A DNA stretch of 64,000 nt from NCBI GenBank assembly GCA_012103255.1, contig WLXD01000003.1:141984-205983 (forward strand). Reading direction: 5' to 3'. The notes beneath the pieces were generated by a model, which was not told the origin of the DNA, did not search any database, and saw only the letters and a program-made list of their open reading frames with translations. The translations under genes and the position numbers were made by a program. Source of the stretch: Acidobacteriota bacterium (GTDB lineage Bacteria; Acidobacteriota; UBA890; WLXD01). Positions 30,461 through 38,646 of the stretch are shown here, in pieces (position 1 is the first letter of the stretch; the number at the start of each line of letters is the position of its first letter).

Positions 30461-30687
30461 ACTCTTGGGCCCCGCCACACCGCTCGAAGCCTCTCCGGTG
30501 TTCCGGCGGCGTGCGGTGCGCACATGGTGCCTGTAGTGGCCCGCGCAACTCTGGCTGCCATCGTCGGGCCAGCCGGCGGCTGTCCGCTGCCGCTCCGAAG
30601 CTGAACGGCTCGCGGGGTCCCAGACGCTCACCAGGGTGCAGCTCGCTCCCGCTGCCGTCGATCAGGACACTGCGGCCCGCCGGCAGA

Positions 30688-31275
30688 TCAGCGGTGTCCG
30701 TCCGCAGCGCCAGTGCCCGGCGTAGGGAGTACCGGTTCGTCGTCCATGACGTCGTTCTGGTTGAGCAACGGAACAATTAGCACGTCCCCGTTCGTAAAGA
30801 CCTTGGCGTCCTTTCTCGCCAACGTTGCTTTGTAGTGGTAATTGCCTACGCGTTGAACCTCGAAACTCGCACCGTCCTGCGTGCTTTCGTACTCAACGAA
30901 GTCCTTTCCGCCTTGGCTTCTCTTCCATTTGTCCTGCTCAAACTCGATCCATCTGTAGCGCATGATTCGCGCCCGCTGAGGCTCAGGTTTCGGTTCGGGC
31001 GGGTTCTCGAGATACTTGTGGCGCTCTGGCAAATGCACAGCGAATCCATCGACCCAGATACGCGCGTCGTTCACCTCGTACCACTCCGAACCGAGACCGG
31101 CACGAGGGTAGATCTGCAGGCGACTGTTCTGGTAGTCGCCTGCCCGCCAAGAGAAGGCGCGATCATACGGCCGACCCGGACCATTCTCGTCCCACCCCTT
31201 GAGGCTGCCGTCCTCTTTGTGGGTGCCCCACAGAACCACCTCTACGAATCTATGGCAGAACAAAGCCAGGTCCAT
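30688..31275 (-). CDS. Hypothetical protein (195 aa)
   Basis: GGAGG RBS; natural, aromatic-rich composition; PPEPKPEP linker between two putative domains. Confidence 0.65.
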   Translation of the reverse strand: MDLALFCHRFVEVVLWGTHKEDGSLKGWDENGPGRPYDRAFSWRAGDYQNSRLQIYPRAGLGSEWYEVNDARIWVDGFAVHLPERHKYLENPPEPKPEPQRARIMRYRWIEFEQDKWKRSQGGKDFVEYESTQDGASFEVQRVGNYHYKATLARKDAKVFTNGDVLIVPLLNQNDVMDDEPVLPTPGTGAADGHR

Positions 31276-31544
31276 CTCGTCCCTCCATGGTCGTTTGAGC
31301 GAATGCAGCTAGAACCCGCGCCGGGTTCCCTTTCCGACAACTGCACAGGCGCGCCTATTCAAATTGGTCTCGTTTCGTCGCCAACTGCTCGAGACCGCTG
31401 CGCGTGGGAACGATCGTCGAGGGCTCCCGCTCCCCGCAGGGCATGTAGCGTTGACGTCAAAGTTCCCATATAGTTCCCTCATGGGAGTCGGGATGCGGAT
31501 CGTGGGAAATGGTGAAGTGTAGGAAGTGTTCGCAGGAGGCCGGT

Positions 31545-33137
31545 ATGAGAAGGGATAGGGGCGGGCTTGTGGTTGATCTAGCGGCAGAACTGGAAACCCT
31601 GATGAAGGCCGGAGGGGTGAAGGGCTACGTCAAGGCGAGCGAAGCGCCTATCCTCGGCGTCTGTGCGGAGCACTCTGGCCGCGATCAAGAGCCTCGGCAA
31701 GCGCTGGAGGCGCTCGTGCGATCCGCGATCGCGAGGATCGACGCCGGCCAGGACCGGGAGGCCCTGACTGAACTGTTCCTGGCACCCACGGGCGATCAGT
31801 CGCTGGCCGCACGCGGAGCGAAGGCGGCCGAACACTTTGACATCAGCTACGACGCGCTCCGCCGTCGGAACGATCAAGGCGTCCGGCGAATCGATTCGCT
31901 GTTGGAGCAGCTGGCGGCGAACGTCAACCGCGTCTGTCCGCTGGATGATCTTCTCGGTGACGCAGGGTATCGAGGGGCTTCGCTCGACCCGGGGCCCGGT
32001 GCAGTGAGTCGAGCGCAAGTCTTTCTGAGCTACTCGCACCACGATGATGCGCACGAAGGCGGCCTAGTTTCCTCGCTTCGAGACGCCCTGATCCGGGAGT
32101 TCCGTTTTCAGACCGGCCAGGACCTTCGCGTGCTCCATGACAAATCCGGGATTGAGTTCGGCGAGGACTGGCGGCGGAAGATCGAGGATTTGCTAAGCCA
32201 GACCAGCTTCCTACTCGTGATCCTTACGCCATCGTTTCTGACGAGCGAGCAGTGCCGGGCCGAGTTGGCGAGGTTTCTGCAGCATGAGCGGGCACGAGAC
32301 CGAGATGACCTCGTATTGCCGATCTACTACGCCCCTGTGGATGAGGACGCGGAGGACCACCTCGTAGCGGCATTGCTTGCGCGCCAGTACGTGGACTGGC
32401 GAGGGTTGCGGTTCCTGGACTTTGGTTCTCCCGAGATCAGGATGGCAGTTGCCAAGCTGGCGACGTCTGTCGCCGCTGCACTTGGACGCCGACCCGAGCC
32501 GGTCGAGACTCCGACAGACGACGTTTCCCCGACAGAACTCGGCACGGTTGAGCACTTCGCGAAGATGCAACTCGCGCTTCCTCGGGTCATCCGCGGCATC
32601 GCGACATTCACGAGTGAGCAAGAGGGCGTTGGGAACGAGTTTCGGCAGACTACGGAGCAGCTGAACAGGTTGAACCAGAGCGGCCAGGGAGCTGCTTCGC
32701 AGCTGTTCGTTGCGACTCAGCTGCGGTCGAGGCTGGAGCCCTACGCAGACCGGATGGAGGGGATCTCAGCCGGCGTCCGTGAGGACCTTGAGCTGATCAA
32801 AGGCGGCATCCACGCGATCGCGGCTGAACTTCCAGACTCTCAGGAGGCGGGGCTCGAGGAGACGACGCTCGGTATGCTCGACGCTATCCGCGAGTCGCTA
32901 GGTGCGATGCAGGATGCCGAGGACAGCGTCGAGGAGTTCGCCGACGTGGCCACAGGGCTAGGCCAGAAAACCTCGACGCTGAGGCCTGTGCTGAATCGAA
33001 TCGTGGCGTCCGCTCGCTTCGTCCGCACTTGCAAGGAGCGGTTCGCGCAATGGCTTGGCATTCTTGAACAAGCCCTGGACGACTGGCGGAGAAAGGCTGC
33101 GTCCGTTCCGCCGCCCGAGGACGAATCCCAGCGGTAG
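31545..33137 (+). CDS. TIR-domain protein with N-terminal helical/HTH-like region and C-terminal coiled-coil bundle
   Basis: VFLSYSHHD, IEFGEDW..KIE..L, VILTPSFLTSEQCRAEL (catalytic Glu position), VLPIYY; GGAGG RBS. Confidence 0.85.
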   Translation: MRRDRGGLVVDLAAELETLMKAGGVKGYVKASEAPILGVCAEHSGRDQEPRQALEALVRSAIARIDAGQDREALTELFLAPTGDQSLAARGAKAAEHFDISYDALRRRNDQGVRRIDSLLEQLAANVNRVCPLDDLLGDAGYRGASLDPGPGAVSRAQVFLSYSHHDDAHEGGLVSSLRDALIREFRFQTGQDLRVLHDKSGIEFGEDWRRKIEDLLSQTSFLLVILTPSFLTSEQCRAELARFLQHERARDRDDLVLPIYYAPVDEDAEDHLVAALLARQYVDWRGLRFLDFGSPEIRMAVAKLATSVAAALGRRPEPVETPTDDVSPTELGTVEHFAKMQLALPRVIRGIATFTSEQEGVGNEFRQTTEQLNRLNQSGQGAASQLFVATQLRSRLEPYADRMEGISAGVREDLELIKGGIHAIAAELPDSQEAGLEETTLGMLDAIRESLGAMQDAEDSVEEFADVATGLGQKTSTLRPVLNRIVASARFVRTCKERFAQWLGILEQALDDWRRKAASVPPPEDESQR

Positions 33138-33186
33138 GCACGAGGGCCCGGGCGCGCTCCTGGCCAGCCCCGCGGATCACAGGTGC

Positions 33187-33478
33187 TTGAGACCCACGGT
33201 CTCAACAGTATTCCCCCCAATCGTCGGCCAAGATGTTGCTCGATTCCTGAACCAGGAATCGAATGGCGCCGGGGGCGCCGCAACACCTCGGCCCGACTCC
33301 GTGGTGATTGGTGGAGCCTCAGCGAAATCCCGCAGCCGTCTCTCCATCTCGGCAGGACGGAATTGACACGGAGTCGGGGTTGGTGCCCGACGATTGGGGG
33401 GAATCACAAACCTAAGGAACGCAACGACTTAGGTTTGTTCTTGAGCTTCCGGTAGGTATTCGTTTCCTGAAACGAATA
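33187..33478. other. Nested multi-hairpin non-coding element (candidate ncRNA or folded ssDNA signal)
   Basis: Perfect 18-, 12-, 11-, 10-, 10-, 8- and 6-bp inverted repeats, several directly abutting. Confidence 0.6.
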
Positions 33479-33489
33479 GGCAGGTGGAG

Positions 33490-33599
33490 ATCTCGACCGT
33501 GCAGCCGGCGAGAACCCGAAACTTCCACAATCTCTTGCGCACTTTCGCAGTGCGGAGATTTTTCTTCTTTATTTATAAGTATTTAGATCAGGCATCATC
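33490..33599 (+). repeat. Conserved element end, copy 2
   Basis: Collinear with 28745-28853 at the same distance (110 vs 109 nt) from the tRNA copy. Confidence 0.8.
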
Positions 33600-33655
33600 G
33601 GATTCAAAATCCCGTGGGCTTTATGCCCGTGTGGGTTCGAGTCCCACCTCCGGTA
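33600..33655 (+). repeat. att-type copy of the tRNA-Leu 3' part, identical to 25610-25665
   Basis: 56-bp exact direct repeat starting in the anticodon stem. Confidence 0.95.
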
Positions 33656-33730
33656 TTTTGGAGTCGAAGCGTCGCAAGGCGGTACCAGGGGACGACGGAG
33701 GGCAACTCGGTGTCGTGGGGAATCAGCTTT

Positions 33731-34171
33731 CTAGTCGAGCACGTTCGCCCGAGACGGGCCCGACACGAAGACCAGGCTTCCCGCCACGCCGCTCAGAAAC
33801 AGCGCTGAGGTCAAGTAGAACAGCCCTTCGATCGATTCGAGTGCGTCGCTGAGTGTCAGTCCGGCGCCGACGCTCATCGCCGACGCGACCCCGATGAGCA
33901 CCACGAACAGAGTCGTGGCGAGCGCGGTGATGGCCAGAGAGAATCTCGCGGCTGTGCCGAGTTCCGTCTTCAACGCCAAGCTCACCAGTCGCAGACCTCC
34001 GCCGAACAGAAGCGCGAACAACAGGATGCTGATGTGCTCGAATGGCGTTCCCTTCAGGAACCCGCTCAAGAACATCAGGACGAAGAGCACGATCAGCCCC
34101 CAGACCACCGCGCGGATTCGTCTGCGTTCGTTGTCGCGGCTAGGCCCTTTCTTCTGGTTCGCGCCCATCAT
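33731..34171 (-). CDS. Four-TM membrane protein
   Basis: GGAGG before ATG-ATG at 34171/34168; four hydrophobic helices. Confidence 0.7.
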   Translation of the reverse strand: MMGANQKKGPSRDNERRRIRAVVWGLIVLFVLMFLSGFLKGTPFEHISILLFALLFGGGLRLVSLALKTELGTAARFSLAITALATTLFVVLIGVASAMSVGAGLTLSDALESIEGLFYLTSALFLSGVAGSLVFVSGPSRANVLD

Positions 34172-34390
34172 CAAGCCTCCAGGACGTGCCTGCCGGTCGC
34201 CGGCACGATCGTCAGGCGTTCCCATCGAGTAACGGTTGACGACGTCAACATTACATTTCGATGTTGTCGGCGTCAACATATGCACTCCGACCTTCCGCGC
34301 CTTCGGTGCGCGGTTCCGCAACTGGCGAGCCACGACGATGCCCCCGCGGGTGCCTGGACACTGCCTGGGCTCAGGTTCGAAAATAGTGCG

Positions 34391-34954
34391 ATGGACGACG
34401 CACGCGTGAGGGAACTGATGCGGTCGGCGTGGGCCAAGCGCCGGTCTTCCTTCGATGCCACCCCTACGGATTGTCGGTCCCTGCTCGCCGCTGCGAAGCA
34501 GGAGTTGACCGAGGCGTCCGAACTGTCTCGGTCCACGGGCGGCGCGACGTATGCGCAGGCGATCCACTTGCTCGCGAACGTCGAGGTCGACCTCGACGAG
34601 CCGGGTCGTGCCCGACGGCTGTGGGAGGAGGCAATCGCAATACTCCGAACCACCGACGACGTTCTGGAGCTGGCCCATAAGCTGCGGCACCTCGGAGACC
34701 TGCACCATCGCGCCGAGCGGCTGGCGGCGGCGGCGGCTTGCTACGACGAGTCGCTGCTGATCTATCGAGAGCACACGGGGCCGGGCAGCCTCGACTTTGC
34801 CAACGCCGTCAGCCGCGCAGCCGAGCTCCAGGAGCGACTCGGAGAACGGGCGGAGGCGGCTCGGTTGTGGCGCGAGACCCGCGACCTGTACGCCTCGGTG
34901 AACCTGCCGGCCGGCGTAGAGCAGGCCGAGCGCCGTTTGCAGCGGCTGCGCTAG
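34391..34954 (+). CDS. TPR-repeat protein
   Basis: A.AIHLLANV...EEAIAILR, LAHKLRHLGDL...A..CYDESLLIYRE TPR patterns. Confidence 0.75.
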   Translation: MDDARVRELMRSAWAKRRSSFDATPTDCRSLLAAAKQELTEASELSRSTGGATYAQAIHLLANVEVDLDEPGRARRLWEEAIAILRTTDDVLELAHKLRHLGDLHHRAERLAAAAACYDESLLIYREHTGPGSLDFANAVSRAAELQERLGERAEAARLWRETRDLYASVNLPAGVEQAERRLQRLR

Positions 34955-34970
34955 CGCGATCGTGCCCCCA

Positions 34971-34994
34971 TGGGTTCGAGTCCCACCTCCGGTA
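34971..34994 (+). repeat. Short att-type copy of the tRNA-Leu T-arm and acceptor end (right boundary of segment 3)
   Basis: TGGGTTCGAGTCCCACCTCCGGTA identical to 25642-25665. Confidence 0.9.
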
Positions 34995-35111
34995 GCTAGA
35001 ACATTCGCTCGCTGATTCCGGCGCCCCCTGTCGGCAGCATCGTCGTCTGCAACGTGTAGCATCACGGATTCCGAAACTGCGCAGCACGAAGCGCTAAACC
35101 AGGGAGTCCGC

Positions 35112-35957
35112 ATGAAAACCCGCTCGACCGCACTCTGGCTTACCGTGGGCGCTACCGCCCTGACGCTCGCGTGCGCTCCTGCCGCAGAAACCGAAGATCC
35201 TGCGCCGGAGACCGCCGCCCAAGAAGAGGCGCCCGAGTCGCCGCCGCATTGGACCTACGAGGGACAAACGGGACCGGCCGCCTGGGGCGGCCTGAGCGCG
35301 GAGTTCTCCGCGTGCGCCGAGGGCATGCAGCAGTCGCCGATCGATATCACCGGCGCCCTCGCGGAAACACTCCCGGAGTTGCGTGCCCAGTTTGGTGAAG
35401 TCGCCCTGCGGATCGTTCACGCGGAACACGTCGCCGATGCGATCAACAACGGTCACACGATCCAGGTGAACTACACCGAGGGCGACATGCTGAGCGTGGA
35501 CGACACCGATTACGAACTGGTGCAGTACCACTTCCACAGCCCGAGCGAACACACGGTAGAAGGCGCGCACTTCCCCATGGAGATGCACTTCGTGCATGCG
35601 GCGGCCGACGGCGCACTCGCCGTGATCGGCGTGTTCATCGAGGAGGGCGAACACAACGACGCCTTCGATCCGATCTGGAACAACCTGCCGCAGGAACAGG
35701 GCGTGGAGAATCACATCGGCGAGGTAACCGTCGACGTCGACCAACTGCTGCCCGCGAACGCAACCAGCTATCGCTACGCCGGCTCGCTCACGACGCCTCC
35801 CTGCTCGGAAGGCGTTGCCTGGATCGTGATGACCGAACCCATCCAGCTGTCCGGGGAGCAGATCGGGGCGTTTACGGCCCTGATCGAGGGGAACAACCGC
35901 CCGGTGCAGCCGCTGAACGGCCGGCCGATCGTCACCGACCAGGTCGAGAATTCCTGA
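35112..35957 (+). CDS. cah: Alpha-class carbonic anhydrase, lipoprotein
   Basis: LTLAC lipobox; HWTYEG, QSPIDI, NNGHTIQ, QYHFHSPSEH, EMHFVH, GSLTTPPCSEGVAW. Confidence 0.95.
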   Translation: MKTRSTALWLTVGATALTLACAPAAETEDPAPETAAQEEAPESPPHWTYEGQTGPAAWGGLSAEFSACAEGMQQSPIDITGALAETLPELRAQFGEVALRIVHAEHVADAINNGHTIQVNYTEGDMLSVDDTDYELVQYHFHSPSEHTVEGAHFPMEMHFVHAAADGALAVIGVFIEEGEHNDAFDPIWNNLPQEQGVENHIGEVTVDVDQLLPANATSYRYAGSLTTPPCSEGVAWIVMTEPIQLSGEQIGAFTALIEGNNRPVQPLNGRPIVTDQVENS

Positions 35958-35977
35958 CCCGCTGAGGTAGAACGGTC

Positions 35978-37270
35978 ATGTCTCTCCATGCTCTACGGAC
36001 TCGTGAATCCATAGGCCCAGCCAATCGCGCTGCCGCACTCACTCTCGTTCTCGCCGTGCTGCTCTTGCCCGCCACAGCGGTCTCGGGGCAGGAGCAGGAG
36101 ACGGCCGCAACCTCGAACGACGAGGCTTCCGACGCCGGCGGCGCTGAGGGAACCTCGGAGGCGACAGGCGAACCCTCCGGCTCGAAGGGGATTCTTGCGG
36201 AGCCGATCCAGGTCGGGGATGACCTCAGGTTCCAGTTTGGCGGCTTTGTGAAAACCGACCTGATGCAAGATCTCGATCCGATCGGTAATGCCTATCAGTT
36301 CAAGGTCAACTCGATCCCGATCGAAGGCACGCCCGAGTCGCTGGCAGGCGGACGCACCACGTTCTCGGCGCGCCAGACACGACTGACCGTCGACATGCGG
36401 ACCGCCGAGTCGGCTGGGGGCGTGCGCGCATACGTCGAAACTGACTTCTTCGGCGACGGCAACTCGCTCCGGATCCGGCACGCGTTCGGTGAGTGGAAAG
36501 GGCTGATGGCGGGCCAGAACTGGAGCACATTCCAGGACATCGAGACCCGACCCGCCACCCTTGACTACGAAGGCCCCGACAGCGAGGTCTTCGTACGTCA
36601 GGTCATGGTGCGATACACCGGGCGTCCCTCAGAAGAACTGGAGTGGTCTGTCGCCCTCGAGGACCCAGACAGCCAGGTCACGGTGGGGTCCGACGTTGTC
36701 GGCAGCGGGCGCAGTCAGATACCGGACTTTGCGGGCCGGGCGAAGTTCAAGGGCAGCTGGGGACAGTTCCAGGCGGCCGGCCTATTGCGACAAATTCGGT
36801 TCGTCAGCGACGACGGCCTGGTGAACGAGACGACGGGCGGCTACGGCATCAACGTGGCGGCGAAGCTCAACCTCGGCTCTAGCGACGCGTTGATGGGACA
36901 CTTTGCGGTTGGTTCAGGCATCGGGCGCTACATCGAAGTCTTCAACGGAACTGGCACCGATGCCACCCTCACGCCAGACGGAAAGCTCGAGGCAATGAGC
37001 GCGTACGGGTTCGTGGCCGGTTTCACCCACCATTGGGACAGCCAGTTGCAATCGACCCTGAGCGGCGGCCTCGCTCACGTCGGCAATGAAGCGAGTCAGC
37101 CGGACGATGCGATCCAGGAAGCGCGATCTGTTCACCTCAACCTCGTCTACGCGCCGATTCCGCTGGTCAACATCGGCGGTGAGGTGATGTGGGGCGAGCG
37201 CGTGAACAAGAACGGCGACAAGGGCAGCGCTGTCCGACTGCAGTTCCAGGTGACTTACAAGTTCCGCTAG
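35978..37270 (+). CDS. DcaP-like outer-membrane porin
   Basis: FGGFVKTD, SARQTRL, YVETDF, LRIRHAF, GQNWSTF, C-terminal YKF. Confidence 0.8.
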   Translation: MSLHALRTRESIGPANRAAALTLVLAVLLLPATAVSGQEQETAATSNDEASDAGGAEGTSEATGEPSGSKGILAEPIQVGDDLRFQFGGFVKTDLMQDLDPIGNAYQFKVNSIPIEGTPESLAGGRTTFSARQTRLTVDMRTAESAGGVRAYVETDFFGDGNSLRIRHAFGEWKGLMAGQNWSTFQDIETRPATLDYEGPDSEVFVRQVMVRYTGRPSEELEWSVALEDPDSQVTVGSDVVGSGRSQIPDFAGRAKFKGSWGQFQAAGLLRQIRFVSDDGLVNETTGGYGINVAAKLNLGSSDALMGHFAVGSGIGRYIEVFNGTGTDATLTPDGKLEAMSAYGFVAGFTHHWDSQLQSTLSGGLAHVGNEASQPDDAIQEARSVHLNLVYAPIPLVNIGGEVMWGERVNKNGDKGSAVRLQFQVTYKFR

Positions 37271-38628
37271 GCGCCCGGACCTCCGGCGGGAGTGCCGGGC
37301 TTCTCCTGCATCCGCGGCAGGCTCCGTCCCCACAGGAAGAGCGGTACGTTCACGACGAGGAGCACGACGGGGAGCCAGACCAGCGTTGCACCAAGGACGG
37401 CCTCCTCCTCTGGGGAGCCCGGCGACGGAGTCACCCCGCCGCCCGCGATACGGAAGGCCGCGGCGTAGAGGGCACCCACGACGCCGTAAGAGAGGTTGCC
37501 CGCCAGGCTCTTGAACGACAGTACGGTGGCCCGCTGCGACGACGCGGTCGCCTCGTTTAGGTACTGCGAGCTGAAATATCCGAGCATCTGGAATCCGATC
37601 GCCATCGGAACGATGAAAATGGCGCCGTACCACGATCGGGACACAGCGACTCCGCCGAGCGAGACCAGCATCAGGGCCGAGATGACCGCGAAGATCTGGT
37701 TCGGCGCCAGTCGGTGCAGAAGGGCGCGGGATAGCGTCGGAGAGAACAGACCGACGGCGGCAAAAACGGCGCCCAGGACGCCGAAGAGTGCGGCGGGGAT
37801 CCCAATCATGCGGAAGTAGCTACTGTTCAACGTCAGGAACAGTCGCACCACGCTATCCAAGACGAGGAAGAAGAGGATCACCGCCAGGATGAACCTCGTG
37901 CGCCAGATCCAGCTCGCGGCCTGCCGGATCTGGTCGACACTGTCGCGCAGTTGAACGACGCCCTTGACGGTGGCGGTACCCGGTTCCGACATCCCGAGCG
38001 CCGAAACGAACGCGCCGATCCCTAGTAGGAGCGTGAGGTAGACAGGGAAACGAACGGTCATCGACGCCTCGAGGCCCGCCTCGATCCCCACGACGGAAAG
38101 CGCGCTGTTCAGAAAGTCCGCGTCGTAAACCGCTGCACCAACCACCATGGCGATGAGGAACCCGGCAGCGGAGATGCGCTGCAGTCGCGCGAGTACGTCG
38201 GGCCACTCCGAGTCACGTCCGACTTCGAGGAGGGACTCGTAGGCGAGCGCCTCGTCCGCGCCACTCGCGGCCGCCTCCGCGAGCCCCGACAGGATCCTGT
38301 TGACCAGAAACATCGCGAACAGCAACGTCGCGTTGCCCGTCGGCGCGAAGCCCATGACGGCCATCTCGACGATCATCAACGCCCCGGCTGCCACGACGAG
38401 CGGCCGCCGTCCGATCCGGTCGGAGACGGCGCCGAGGGGCAGCTCGAAAGCGACGATCGAAACGGCCCACGCCACGTTCAACACCGCGTACTGGTCGAGC
38501 GTGAGCCCAAGATCGACGAAGAAGATCGCCAGGACGGGGTAGTAGAACCGGGCGTTGAATAGCACCCTGAACGCAAGAAACCTCTGGACGTTGCCCGGCC
38601 AGGGAGCGGAGCTACTGCCGGTACTCAG
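37267..38628 (-). CDS. MFS transporter (probable CTG start at 38628)
   Basis: NVQRFLAFRVLFNARFYYP, ELPLGAVSDRIGRR, SGADEALAYESL, RATVLSF; GGAGGTG SD just before CTG. Confidence 0.85.
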   Translation of the reverse strand: MSTGSSSAPWPGNVQRFLAFRVLFNARFYYPVLAIFFVDLGLTLDQYAVLNVAWAVSIVAFELPLGAVSDRIGRRPLVVAAGALMIVEMAVMGFAPTGNATLLFAMFLVNRILSGLAEAAASGADEALAYESLLEVGRDSEWPDVLARLQRISAAGFLIAMVVGAAVYDADFLNSALSVVGIEAGLEASMTVRFPVYLTLLLGIGAFVSALGMSEPGTATVKGVVQLRDSVDQIRQAASWIWRTRFILAVILFFLVLDSVVRLFLTLNSSYFRMIGIPAALFGVLGAVFAAVGLFSPTLSRALLHRLAPNQIFAVISALMLVSLGGVAVSRSWYGAIFIVPMAIGFQMLGYFSSQYLNEATASSQRATVLSFKSLAGNLSYGVVGALYAAAFRIAGGGVTPSPGSPEEEAVLGATLVWLPVVLLVVNVPLFLWGRSLPRMQEKPGTPAGGPGA

Positions 38629-38646
38629 ACTTCACCTCCAAAGCAC

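Larger units (their letters stand above)
28909..33655. mobile_element. tRNA-Leu-integrated cargo segment 2 (no integrase recognised), defence-like cargo
   Basis: Bounded by two tRNA 3' copies; IHF-like TTTCGACGACTTA at 28916; conserved end at 33490-33599. Confidence 0.7.

Noticed and set aside
29968-33170. Weak inverted similarity GGCCAGGAG.. between ~29970 and ~33150
   Set aside because: Short, GC-rich and gapped; not distinguishable from chance
33187-33478. Retron msr-msd or MITE interpretation of the structured element
   Set aside because: No reverse transcriptase (no YADD-type motif) is recognisable in the window, and no target-site duplication flanks the 18-bp inverted repeat. Kept only as an unassigned structure.
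25610-34994. Recurrent 24-56 bp repeat read as a CRISPR array or as extra tRNA genes
   Set aside because: Spacing is in kilobases and no cas genes are present. The copies lack the tRNA 5' half (acceptor 5' strand and D-arm), so they are att-type fragments.
34172-35113. Apparent 460-aa ORF 33731-35113
   Set aside because: The upstream part is antisense to the TPR gene and crosses the tRNA fragment; a good RBS marks the real start at 34171/34168
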